A stretch of DNA of 64,000 nt from Monocercomonoides exilis PA203 (lineage: Eukaryota; Protista; Preaxostyla), in assembly GCA_001643675.2 (NCBI GenBank), contig LSRY02000034.1:434001-498000 (forward strand). Reading direction: 5' to 3'. Positions 1 through 12,534 of this stretch are shown piece after piece. Within the stretch, counting starts at the first letter, position 1. Every line of letters begins with the position of its first letter. The notes under the pieces are model-generated. The model was not told the origin of the DNA and made no database searches. It saw only the letters and a program-made list of their open reading frames with translations. The position numbers were made by a program, and so were the translations under genes.

Positions 1-7
1 ACAATAT

Positions 8-246
8 GGGTGATTCTTTTTGAAAAGTCACAAATGTTTTATTCTCAATAAAATCAAATTTTCTTATTTTGCTTAATATTTTGTTTACAAATGTCAAACT
101 TCACTTAAATGGAATCCATTGCTTGATAATGTTATTTCAAACATTCTTGAGGAGATTTGTAAGATGAAACAGAAATTTGAGCAAAATATGAAATTTGAGA
201 TTTATTTGAAAATTAAACATTTGTGACTTTTCAAAAAGAATCACCC
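8..246. mobile_element. MITE family A (239 bp), probably Sola2-dependent
   Basis: Perfect 32-bp TIR GGGTGATTCTTTTTGAAAAGTCACAAATGTTT / AAACATTTGTGACTTTTCAAAAAGAATCACCC, flanked by ATAT on both sides (4-7, 247-250). The same TIR recurs at 40876 and 56514. Confidence 0.92.
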
Positions 247-255
247 ATATATAGC

Positions 256-544
256 ATCTTTCATTGTTCGTTCGATAAGATTACTGACTTTGAATCAACT
301 CGTTTAATCTGCAATTCATTTGAACATCGAAAAAGTTGAAATGGTTGCTGAGGAAGATGAAAATGATCCAGAAAAGGCTTTCGAAGAGGAAGAAATCCCT
401 GATATGGATGATCTTCCTGATGATGACACTGATTTTGGTGCAGATGATGGAGCAGACGTATCAGTATGGTCTGATGATTAATTCTTTTTTACAATTTCAT
501 ACACTTTTAAGAAAATAAAAAATAATACGAAAATATTTTCACCC
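256..544 (+). mobile_element. Possible 3' remnant of a transposon: acidic protein tail followed by a family-B-like terminus
   Basis: Frame ...EEDENDPEKAFEEEEIPDMDDLPDDDTDFGADDGADVSVWSDD* ends about 481. About 60 bp later is AAAATATTTTCACCC|ATTT, resembling the family-B end AAAATATTTTGTCCC|AAAT. Confidence 0.35.
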
Positions 545-2769
545 ATTTTTTTTATAAAAAGAGGAAAAAAATTATTCATAAAAACACAACAAGCTGTTTG
601 CGCAAGATAAAAATGCGATAGAATGATCAAGAATAGCAACACCTTTCTTCGAATCGATAATGAAGTGTTTTCTTTAGGTACGCGGATATTCTGCATTTGC
701 CAGCAATTCTTGTTTAGTTCTGAAAGATAATAAAGATGCAACTTGAAAAATTTCACTTGTCATAGCCATACAATGAGTCGCGGAAAATGAAACAAGGAGA
801 AAAAGAGGTTTTTTTGGAAAATGGTTATTTGAAGGAAAGTTCAATGAAGAAAAAAAGATGAAGAATATTATACACTAACATAATTCTTAAAAACTCAAAT
901 TGTCAATTGTGAACAATTTTCCTTACAAACATAACGTTGAAGAATATTTTTGAAAATAAAAAATTATCGAAACTGTCAAGTTCACAAACTGATATCGCTT
1001 CACGTTCCAACACATTGTGAAAAATTACTGTGTTTCAAAGGAGTCTTGTGTTTCTCTTTTTTGAAAAAAAATGATAATGAATTATCTTTTGTTGGAAAAA
1101 CAAAACAATTTCAAATTGCCTATTATTCATTTCGCTCAACGTTTTTCAATTTATTTTGCAGTGTTTTATCTTCATTCCATTGTTCCTATCATTCATTGCT
1201 TTATTAATTTCAAAAAAACATTTTCGATTTAGCTGAACTTCTGTTTTTGAAAAACAACTTCAAAATTATTGCTCTATTAATTGATCCAATATTTCCTTCT
1301 GCTGTGTTTCATAATAGAAACATCTTCTCTAATCGAATCAGCCACAAACAACGAAAAGTTAAAAAAGTTTGATAGAAAGAGCGGAACAACAGAAAACATT
1401 AAAACAAACAGCTTTCATTAGAAGTTCACTTCATATTTCTGAATATAACATTTCAGCATTTGCGAAGTTAACAAATATTCGACAAAGTTTAGATAATAAA
1501 GTATTTTGTTTTAAAGATGGGAAAAACCATTATCACTTCATCAATTTGTTTGGTTTCGCATCGAATTTCTTTTCAGAAATAACTGAATAAATGTTGTTCT
1601 CGAATCTTTCATTGTCCCGAAAAAGTGAAAAGTGCACAGATGTTTGGAACTTCATAGATGATAAATCTGGAAATCAAGTTGTAAAGATGCAAAAGCACAT
1701 GCTTCTACACACAAGCTAAGGAAAAAAGTATTTCACAAAGTTGCAGAAAATTTTTGACAGTTTGTATCAGTTTATGCATTTGAGTGGATCATTAAATCCT
1801 TTTATTACAGATAAAAAATAAAGTTTAATCAAAATGAATTTTATAAAGAATAGCAAGTTTATGTAATTCGGAGGACAATAAACATGTAAAAGTGGCACTG
1901 TTAAAAACAGTTTACCATGAATATAGCTTCGATTAATTGGAGAAGTATGGATTTGATTGCACAATAGGAAATTATTAATACGCAAAACAGAACTACTAGA
2001 ATATAAGCTTTTAAGTTTCAAAAGCAAAGGATCAACCTTCAAAAAAAATAAAATCAAGTCTGAGTGAATTCTAGCGATTTGAATCCCTTTCTTCAACATT
2101 TTCTTTTCTTTTCTTAAATAATTCAGAATCAAGTTTTGAAGATGAAGTGATGTTTAAAAAATTCATAATGAACAACTCCACTGTATCCTCAGAATGTTCA
2201 AGAATGAAACCAAGATGTTATAACAGTTTGCTTCAATTTACCAATTCTTCAAAAATTAACATTTTTTCACAATAAATTTTGTTTTGTTTAACTGATAAGG
2301 GAAAACCCTGCTTGAATCCAACGAAGACGATTTCACAATCTTGAACTGCGAAGAATTGACTGAAAAAGACAAAGATCCACTTCATGGCTATTTCGATTCG
2401 AGCCAAGATATTCTAACCAATGATTCGAATTTTTCATCAGAGAACAATATTTGCATGCAAATTGAAGATGAGAGCGATAACGATCAATTGTTGGAGGTGG
2501 AGGAAATTGATGAAGAAGATTCATTATGTTGCTATACAAACAGAGCTAACGAAAGGAATTCATGTATATGTGATGGTGCCGACAAAAATCAATCTTTTTC
2601 TCATTCATCGGATATTGAAATGGATATTGAATGTCCCACAGATGAATTTTGTAATGGGATTCGTGATGATGCATATTATTGTGATTCAAGAACTATCACT
2701 GAAGAAACTGAGGTTGTTGTTGATATTGGAGACACTTAACCTTCTGTTGAATTTTGCACATTCTCACCT

Positions 2770-3570
2770 TTGCCCAACTTTGGAAACACATGTTGCCTTG
2801 CTTCCATGGTTCAACTTTTTCGTTCTATTTATCAAAGTTGTCAAATGAAAAAGCGTTTGGGGAAGTTTGAACAGATTCCCCTCAATCTTCATTCTCTTTG
2901 TTCAAGCAAACAAGGAATTAACCATAATCACAGCTCTTGTGATAATATTCAATGGACAGAACTATTCGAATCCAATTTGCACTTAAAACACAATTTGTCA
3001 ATTGGAAATCAACAGGAATTGTACTGTGAGTTTATTAATTTGTTTCAAGATTTATCATCTCTGACACCAGAACTGAATAATTTATTGGACACAGCAATCT
3101 GTTATCCAAGAACATGCACGATTAACAAAAAATCCTTCAATGGAGCATCAGAAACAACTCCAATTATCAGGGTTCAAGGATCCAGCATTCGTGACGCATT
3201 GAATAATTCATTTGTTCTTGATGAAAACAATAATAACAATAATTGCAGAACCTTTTGTATCAACTGTGATGCGGACACTCAACAATTCTCTAGATACGAA
3301 ATTTCCGACTTCACTTGTTTTTTGATATTTTTTCTTTAACAAACAACAAACCAGACTTTTGATAAACAAAAGAATTATTTGACATTGTCATTCTTCAATG
3401 AAAAAGGACATCTGAATGTGAATGACATTGCAACAAATGATGGAGAAAATAATTTACTTATATCACAATAATTTTTTTAACATGAAACGACAATAATGGT
3501 CATTTCTATTGCATTTACAAAGAAAGAAACAAATGTTCGCAAGATTACTCAATGATAAATGATTCACAGT
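2770..3570 (+). pseudogene. Degenerate ubiquitin-specific protease (peptidase C19/USP) catalytic domain
   Basis: Motifs in canonical order: Cys-box LPNFGNTCCLASMVQLF (2770), QQD-box-like GNQQELYCEF, finger CxxC FCINCD followed by YEISDFTCFLIFFL, and His-box DNNGHFYCIYKERNKCSQDYSMINDS (GGT CAT at 3498-3503). Interrupted by stops and a frameshift near 3460-3490. Confidence 0.72.
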
Positions 3571-4079
3571 TTTTGTGCAACAATGTGACGGAGTCAAAAA
3601 TATCCAATGAAATTTCAACAGAATTTTCTTATCATTTGGCATATGGGGCAAAACCATGTATATCTGCTTCCGAGAAGATAGAAAAAAGTGTGAATGATAA
3701 CATTAACAATGTGTTATCTCCTAACTTGATGTCAACAGTTGTTCATTACGAATTGAATTCGAGAGATAACAAAAGCATTAATCAATCATTTCTGAACTTG
3801 TGTGAGAACGAACAAATTACACAGTTTTCTCAATCAAATAGTGATTCCTCTTTTGCAAACAATATCGGAGATTCATTTCGACTTCCACTCAACTCAACAA
3901 TACACTCATCTCTGCAATTCACCTCAACATTTCAACAATTCAATTCCACAAATTCTGCTTCAACTTAAACATTTCAGTCAGCACCTTTAACCCCAAACAC
4001 AAATAATAAACATTAATCATCTTCAACTGTTTTTCATCCTTCAATTTCTAACATTCAAGCTCATTCTTCCAATTATAAT

Positions 4080-5004
4080 AGAAAACCAAAAAAATCTGTT
4101 AGATTAATCAACACATCAAAAGTCAAGCTGTTCGAAAAGATGAAGGATGAACTTCATATTGAGATGTCGCAAAGCACATTTTATAAGAGGACAAAGAATC
4201 TCAAAAAGGCAAAAAAAAAGAAGTGATCTATGCGACTTGTATGTCTCATTTGAAAGTTTACATAAAAAGAAGTATTTCCTCAAGGCAAAAAACGAAACTT
4301 TATGTGAGAAAGAACAATCAACATTGAAATTAATCGAAGATCATCGGAAACTGGCTAAACATCAACAGCTTTATTTCCGTTAATTGAAGAATAACTCAAA
4401 CTCAGATGAAGCTTTGCTTTTATTTGATTTAAAAGAAAATTGGTCCCTGCCAATTCACAAAAATCAAATAAGCAAAGTTTTTTATGAAAAAGTTGAAATT
4501 TCTCAATTGTGTGTTATTGGATTCATCAAAGATGAGAAAGGAAACTTGGTCAAACACATATACACTTTTTTTTTTCAAAAACGCTATCGCACGATTATAA
4601 CTTTATTATCGGATGCCTTCAAGAAGTGTTAAAACACCAGTTATTCAGTCAAAAAAAAATCTTTTCATTTCATATATGATACAAGCCCCCACTTTAAAAA
4701 TTCCGATTTTCTTCACTATTAACTGTCGGACAATTCCACTTTTGCGAAAGGAAAAAGCACAACTCTTTCATTTTGCTCCAAACACCATAGAAAATGCAAA
4801 TGCGACGGAGAGTTTGGTTATTTGTCAAAATGCATTCAAAATGAGCTTGACGATGAAACAGTTATAGAAAATATGGATGATCAAATAGCGTTTTTTCAAA
4901 AAAACGCACATCATTCAATTTCTTTACAACAATATTCATTTGATGGAAATATAAATGTTGTTTCGTCATTTTTTGATGTGGGATTAAAGTTGTTTCGTCA
5001 ATGA
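4080..5004 (+). mobile_element. Degenerate Sola2-like DDD transposase
   Basis: Reconstructed across frameshifts in homopolymer runs: KLFEKMKDELHIEMSQSTFYK..SDLCDL, LLLFDLKENW (D1, cf. DFxEN), TLSHD, YDTSPHFKNSDF (D2, cf. SDxxxxFKN), FCSKHHRKCKCDGEFG (D3, cf. HGKxxCDGxGG/FG). Confidence 0.75.
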
Positions 5005-6726
5005 TTTCTTTTTAATTCATTTATCCTTTTCTGTTTTGTTAATCTTTCTGAATGGATAATCAACATGTTATATTCATTAATAAAATTTCTATAAAAAAAT
5101 ATGGAAATGAACATGAAAACATTTTTATTTTATGAAAAGCGCGGACGTGATTATCACATATCAGTTGGATCGCCATCCAACTGCAAATGAAAATACAAAG
5201 TTCAGTTCGGAGAAAGGAGAGTTAGAAATGAGAGGCCTTTTATAACTTATAAATCTCGAAACAAAACTTGCCAACCACACAGCGTGGGAAACAATACCTT
5301 AAGGTTGTTTGAGAATTGAAAAAAAACTGGATAATCAGATTTATAAATGAATATTTTTCATAATAATGTTTTATTTTTTTTTTTTTATTCTTTTGAATTT
5401 GTTTTTATTCAAATTCTGTTTCTTGAGTTGTCTGTAGCTCAAGATTTGAATTATTGTGAAAACAATATATTCAAAGTTCCCTCTTTTGCACTTGCGCGAA
5501 AACATGAGGGCAAGACTGATTCTTTCTTGGGACAATGCTGTGACAGTTCCAGCACAATCCCTTGAAGGCTTTGGGTCCAGAATCAGCCTCCCAGGGCGGA
5601 TGTTTTTGAAACAATTTTTGAAACAAAACAAATTTCATTCATTTTTATGAATTCAATAACAGTTCTATTAATGTTTCTAATTTTTGACTATTTTTTTCTA
5701 TTTTTTGGTTGATATTAATTGTTTAGCTATTTTTTAAAACAAGTTGTTATTCGATAATATATTGTTTGAGTTTTATTTTTATGTTTTTAAAAGATTATAA
5801 TAATACTGATCAATGAAGAAATAGGAAAGAGGTTTTTTGTTGTTTTCCATATGAAAAAAAGATCAGAAAAGTCAAACACTTAACAAAAAACAATATTTGA
5901 TAAGAATATTTTTCATGGGTAATATTTAATGAAGGATCGAAAAAAAGGATGATTTGAAAAAAATGAGCCATATTATTTCACATATAACACCAAAAATTAA
6001 ACGAAATCGCAAAACTTTATTTCGAAATCGAAAATATTTAATTCAACATTGAAATTTCTTCATCAACAAAAAATTTGAAAAAATTCATAAAATTCATACT
6101 TATGTCAATTTCTTTTCTTTCAGTTATTGATTTGAGAAATTCGTCAATTTCAATTTGAAAAATATTTTTTGATGTTTTTATGGTGTTTGATTGTGTGAAA
6201 TAGTGAATATTGGAAATAACTGAGAGATGATTAAACTTTTCACATGTGTTCAGGAGATTATAAGGAATTTCTGAAAAAAATAAAAGTGATGGGATAGTTC
6301 ACCTCTTTTTTTATGGTAAAAAGACAGAAATTTATATCATTTATCGAATACGAAATGATTTGAATTTTATTTATTGCATTTGAAACTGAAAGAATAAAAC
6401 ATTTTCAATCTTCAAAATAAGAAAAGAATCGATTGATTTCCGTCTTTATCATAGAAAACATTTGTTAAAAACGGAATAAAAACATTTGCAATAAATTAAC
6501 ATTTGCAATTATCAACATTTGTATCAAAAAAATTTACTAGGTTTTGACTTGAATTGAAAGTCTGAACAAATTAACTTCTTTTTCGATCTTGAATAAAACA
6601 TTTTCTATTTTGAATAATTTTTGGTGTATAGAGTTTATTCGTTAGTGGAAACAGAAATTTAACCAAAATAAGAAATTTTTTCAGTATTTTTAGAATTAAA
6701 CATTTGTTACTTAAAAAAGAAAATAT

Positions 6727-9700
6727 GGGTCATTATTTTTCATATCGTAACTTTGTTCGAAGATAGATCTTTTTTTAAGTAATTGTGGTATAATGAGATA
6801 AAAATCAAAAATACATGTTTATAAATAAATAGAAAAAGAATCGTGATCGAATTTTTGAAAATCAAGTTAATTTGAGAAAATCATATAAATTCCATTATAA
6901 CATTTAATTTTTGAGTTATTTCTTTTATTTGAATTATTTGTAATCACAGAACCCAACAAGTTTAATTATTGTTTGCATATAATTTAAATTTGAGTATGAT
7001 TTAATAGTATAACTTTTTTTAGATGATTCGTATGAGCTATCATCAGAAAATGAATTATTGATTGATTTATTTTATTTTTGAGTAAAAACGCAAAACCAAT
7101 AATTTGATGATATTGTTTTTATTTAGACGTTCAAATGTTACGATCGATGTATTTCTATTCAGGGCGATTTCAGATATTAAAGCGAAGAAATGAAACAGCA
7201 AATGTTATTCGATGTGAAATGGAGACAACAAATTATGTTAAGGATTTTCGATAATTCTTGAGACGAAAATGGACGAAAATGAAATTTCATGAAGGACAAA
7301 AATAATATGAGGAGTTGGCTTCCATCTTTTCTTTATTTTTAACAAGGATTCAATTTTCATTTTCATTTTCAAAATGCGATGTTAGGATCTTGTAGCGTAA
7401 GCTTTCAGTCAATTGGCACACATGAATTGAAGAAAAAGGGAAGAAGATGAACATTAATATGAGGAAATTAAGGAAAACGTCGGTTTTGTTGGAAGGGATT
7501 GAGCTGTTTGAAGATGAAATTGGGTGGAGTTTGTGTTGTTTGTGGGGGAGTGTGATTGTGGTGAAGTGATGTGGTGTGGAGATGGGGAAGGATAATGAGA
7601 TGAGACCATTTAAGTTGGGCAGTTGCAGAGGGATGTTTTGGAACATCATGCTGAGAGGGGTTGGAAGGGGAGGAAATGTGTGTGGGAGACTGTTTGGAGG
7701 AGATGGGAGGATGGGGCAGACGAGGAGTGAGAGAGAAGGTGGAGGAGGAAGAGGAGGAAGATGGGAAAAAGGAAGGGGAAGAGGAAGGCAAAGAAGAGAA
7801 AATGGAAAAAGCAAAAAAGAAAGATTTTTGTGGCTGTTGAAGGAATTGTTGATAGATCGAGGGCTTTGAAGAAGGATAGCCAGATGAATTCAACGCAAGA
7901 CAGCGTTTATGAGAATGGAACAGAAGGAAAAGAGAAGAAGAAGAAGAAGAAGAGATTGGAGAAGCAGGATGAGAAGAAAAAGAATGAGTTTCTGACGAAG
8001 AAAGGAAGAGATGGAAATGCAAAGCCCACGTCAATCAGATCGATTAGGCAGAAGGCAATCGACGAGGCGATGAAGAAGTGAAAAGATCAGCAGGAGATTA
8101 AAAGAAGGGAGAAAGAAGAGGAAGAGCTTCAAAAAATATCTGTGGCGAAGAACATATGGCATGAAGCCGTTGGAGATCTCACCTTTCATTGCATCGGTTC
8201 CGAGCGTCACACCAGAAGAGGTAGAAAGAAGGAGAAAGGAGAAGTTGAAGGAGAAAGGGAAAGCTTAGAAAGGAGAAGTGAACGCAAGCGAAAGTGGAGC
8301 AAGCGACTAAGCGAATGAAGAAGCAGGGCAGAAAGCCTCGTCATCTGACAGTTGCAGCGAAGGAAGCCAGAAAACGTCTGAAAAGCCTTAAAAAGACGAA
8401 GACAAGCCAAAAGGAGAAGAGAGTTCAGAGGAAGAGGGCGACTCGCAGGCAGAAAGCGAGCAGGATGAGCTGGACATGCTCATCCAGCAGCAGACGATGC
8501 TGGCGGCGGACGAAGCAAACAGCGACGAGATTGAGCAGCAGATCCCGTCGACGACTCAAACACAGCAGGACAGCCACGAAGCCAAGCAGACAGTCGCCGA
8601 ATGAGGAGAAAACGACGAGATGGCAGCAAATGACAGAGAGAAGAGCGAATGATGTGCTGAAGAAGGAGCAGGCAGCTGAGCTTGAGCCAGAGCCAGCAAG
8701 ACAACCCGTCTTAGGCACGTGCATCGCATTGGCAAGCAGCAGCTGCTGGGCAGAATGCGAGCACGTCGACGTCTGTGACGTACCTTCCCACGTCAGACGA
8801 GGAGCTTCATCCGTTCTTCACACGCCCGTTCAAGATGGAGGAGAAGTCGCATTCGAGAATCAGGAAGGAGAAAAAGGAGAAACGGAAGGAGTTGGAGCAG
8901 AAATGGAGCAAGAAGGCAGGCAAAGAGGAGAAAGAGAAGGAGAACATGAGTGCGGCAGAAGAATCAGAGGCCAAGAACTCAGCAGACATCCAGATGCACA
9001 TCAAGCGAATGAGGAAAGCGTATCTGATGCGGCACCAGGGGCTGATGAAGCAGAAGCACCCAGCGCCGACTGCTTTGTCGCAGGCAGCTCTTTCCAATTC
9101 TTTGTCTTTTTCTTTCGATGGGACATCTGGTTCAACAAGCTCAGAAGGAGAGAGGAGGTCGCTGAGCAACACGAGGAAGACGCTGAGCTTTGGGAAAGGA
9201 GGCAGACGAGGTGCTGAGCAGGAAGGGATGAGAGACGAGGAGAAGATGAAAGAGAGGCCTGTGATTATTAATTTGTCGATTGATGTTACGAAGGATGTGT
9301 TTGAGAAAATCACCGTCAGAGAAGGAGACCAGGCGTGGCGCATTGCGAGAGAACAGGCAGTGAAGCATTACTGAAGCTTGAAAAGAGAAAAGTGCTTCAA
9401 GACAACCTGTAGAAGTTCATAACGAAATAAGGGGAGGACAAAAGGGAGAAGCAAAGAGAAGAAGAGGAATGGGAGTGGCAAAAGAAATTGGAGCAAGACA
9501 TAATTATTGAGCTGCAGAATCAAGAAGATGAGAGAAAGAGGAAAGAGGAGGAAGCGAGAATGATGGAGGAGCAGAAAAAGAAAGAAGAAGAAGAGAAAGC
9601 ACTGAAAGAAGATGAGTGAGAGAGAAGGTGGAAGAAGAGGAGGATAATGGAGAAGAGGAGGAGGAAGAGGTGAAGGAGGAGAGAGAGAGAGAGAGGAAGT

Positions 9701-11021
9701 GAAGAAAGTTTAAAAGAAGAAATAACAGATGCAAAGCTGAAAGAAAAGAGGAATGGAATGTGGTGGAAGAATGAGTTCTGACAAAAATACAAGAGATAAT
9801 AAAGTGCAAAAATGATCAGAGACAAGCAGAAGAGTCTTATTTGAAATGATTTTTTCTCTGATTGCTTGTCAGATTGTCATTTTTTTTTGATGAACCGTTC
9901 GGGCAAAGTTTCGACAATATGAAATATGTCAAATTCAGCACCTGCTTTTCTGAGTTTTTCATTAAGAAAAGCACGTTGAAGGATGATGTGCTTGCCTGAC
10001 ATGTTGTTATTCAGCCAAAAAATTTGCCTTCTGTTGATGAATAAAATGAAACTGATCAATATGAAAGATTCAATTAGGCTTTCATTAATTTCGCTTGTTT
10101 TTCATTGCCTTTTTTGTTGGCTTTATCAGTTTTTCTTTTCATTTCCCTAATCCCTGATCATTAGAAATAGAAAAACTGTAATTACTTTTGCAAATCTTAT
10201 GTTTTTAGATATATCAAATTAAGGTTTTTTGTTTTTAGAGTTCTTCTATCAAACTTCTCAAAAAAAAAGTATCTCTTGAAAATTCAGATTAATAAATGTT
10301 CTTCTCAAAGAAAAATGAAGTGCACATCTCAAAAACAATAAACTTTTCCACAAACAAAGTTATGTTAAATGTTTCATACAAAGAAAAATGAAAAAACTTT
10401 GAAAATTTAAGAAAAAGTTTAAAAATATATAAGAACCTCAACGATCATTTTCTTTCATTAGCTCTCAAAAATCTATCAAAAACATTCCTCATTAAGTTTA
10501 TTTTTCTATCCATTTTTTGATTCTTATTCGCATTTCCTTCCAACAAAATTCGACAAACATTAATTCACTTGTAACATCAAAAATGCTATAAATAAAATAA
10601 GTGTCTTTCATAACTGTAATAAAGTCATAAATAACAACACAAAAAAATAAAATTCATCAATTTCTCTAAAAATTTTCAAAAATCAATCAATAATTCATTT
10701 TCTGATGATAGCTCATACGAATCATCTAAAAAAAGTTATACTATTAAATCATACTCAAATTTAAATTATATGCAAACAATAATTAAACTTGTTGGGTTCT
10801 GTGATTACAAATAATTCAAATAAAAGAAATAACTCAAAAATTAAATGTTATAATGGAATTTATATGATTTTCTCAAATTAACTTGATTTTCAAAAATTCG
10901 ATCACGATTCTTTTTCTATTTATTTATAAACATGTATTTTTGATTTTTATCTCATTATACCACAATTACTTAAAAAAAGATCTTTCTTCGAACAAAGTTA
11001 CGATATGAAAAATAATGACCC
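6727..11021. mobile_element. 4.3-kb non-autonomous DNA transposon with 342-bp TIRs and captured gene fragments
   Basis: 6727-7068 is the reverse complement of 10680-11021 (one mismatch seen). Termini GGGTCATTATTTTTC...GAAAAATAATGACCC, flanks ATAT / AAAT. No intact transposase inside. Confidence 0.9.
7450..9830 (+). pseudogene. Decayed host-gene cargo: surface-protein-like fragment, then an E/K/R-rich coiled-coil gene fragment
   Basis: Purine-rich coding-like sequence with many stops and frameshifts. It includes WSLCCLWGSVIVVK..RPFKLGSCRGMFWNIML (7500-7660) and PVIINLSIDVTKDVFEKITVREGDQAWRIARE (9255-9360). Confidence 0.6.
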
Positions 11022-11520
11022 AAATACATATATTTAAAGAAAATCTAATTGGGTTGTTTAAATATTCGATGAAAGCGAATATATTAATTTTGATTAAGAA
11101 AATCTCTTTTAGCGATTGTTATAGAAAAAAAAACACTTTTGAAAAACTATTTTTTTAACAAAAACAATTTTTCAAACTGATGAACACATGTTTTCTCCTT
11201 AATAATGGTGTTTTTTTTTCAATTTTTTTTTTTCTATCAATAATTTCAAATTATCTGGGTTATTCTTTCTGAATAGTCGTATATGATATATATCTGGGTT
11301 ATATAAAACAACGCTTTTTTAATCCAATTTCTGGACTAATTTTTTCAAGCTTTATTCTTTTGATGATTAAAATATTCATTCATTTTTGATGCGAGAATAT
11401 GTGCAAGAAAGATAAATCTGATGGACTTATCATCAAAAGTGAAAAGAAAGTTTAATTTTTTAATAACCAAGATATAAAACATTTTTGATTCTTCAAAAGA
11501 ATGACCAATCTTTGACTTCA

Positions 11521-11664
11521 ACGGATAATGAAACAATTCATCACATCAATTCATCCAATCTTTTCAAAGAGACAGAATATATTATTGTATTAAAATCTTC
11601 ATATTCTCCTTTTATGAACCGTATTGAGAATTGCTTTGGCTTTTGGAAAAGAGAGTTGATATAA
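11521..11664 (+). mobile_element. Tc1/IS630 (DDE_3) transposase fragment
   Basis: TDNETIHH...SSYSPFMNRIENCFGFWKREL* matches DNAxxH...PxYSPxLNPIExxFxxxKR, with 33 residues between D and E. Confidence 0.75.
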
Positions 11665-11716
11665 ATGAATTGAAGGGGAAAGGAAAATCACATTTTTTTC
11701 TTAATGGGAAAAAAAT

Positions 11717-11985
11717 GGGGGAAAATTCGGACTTTCAAGCTTTTTATGCACAAAGCATGGAAAAATTGTTTCACTCATAACTTTATTTCGCTATCTCAGA
11801 TTTCTAAATAAATTAGATTTTCATATCCGTAAACAGGCATCGTTGAAATAAAAACATTAAGCGTCGGTGGCATTTCACGAATGTCAAAAAATGGACCCAT
11901 TTTTATTGTGTTTTTTGATATAAAAAAGTTAATGAAAAGTGCATAATTTTTCAATGAAAAAACCTGAAGAAAAATATTTTGTCCC
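11717..11985 (+). mobile_element. Non-autonomous element family B (~269 bp)
   Basis: GGGGGAAAATTCGGACTTTCAAGC...AAAATATTTTGTCCC flanked by a direct AAAT repeat on both sides. Homologous over its full length to 58754-59021 (reverse) and 61189-61456. Confidence 0.88.
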
Positions 11986-12534
11986 AAATATTTAAAAAAC
12001 ATCTTGCTTGAGAATTTCTGAAAACATTTATGGACATAAAATAGTTATATTACAACAGGACGTTGTACAAAATGACCTTAACAGTCAGTTTCAATTTTTT
12101 TTTTTTTGATTTTTTTTCTTTTCAAAAGAACATTTGAAACAAATATCTATAGGTGATAATTTTTCATATCATATTATTTATGTCAAAATTTTCGACAAAA
12201 AAATGTATTTAACATTTTTGTTTATAAACATCGAAAAGTGATTTGCACATTACACAAAAATTTATTCATGAATGCGACACAAACGTTTGATCTTGTGACA
12301 ATTTCAATTCAAAAAAGTGCGGAAGTGAAAAATTTCAAGACATGCTCAAAATAAATAATATGAATTCAATACCACTAAAAAAAGTTATGAATAAAAAAAT
12401 AATCACAAACATAGAATCAAATTTTTATTTAAACACTTTAAATATTTGTTCAAAAATTTCACATAAAGAAATTATCAAAAAGATATTCATCAAAATACAA
12501 AACTCTAATTCGATTTGCGAATGACTTTTCTTTT

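Noticed and set aside
545-5970. Termini for the USP-Sola2 element
   Set aside because: Several GGG/GAG-like candidate ends exist (e.g. ~5917, ~5966) but no matching TIR pair was found by eye, so the boundaries are left undefined.
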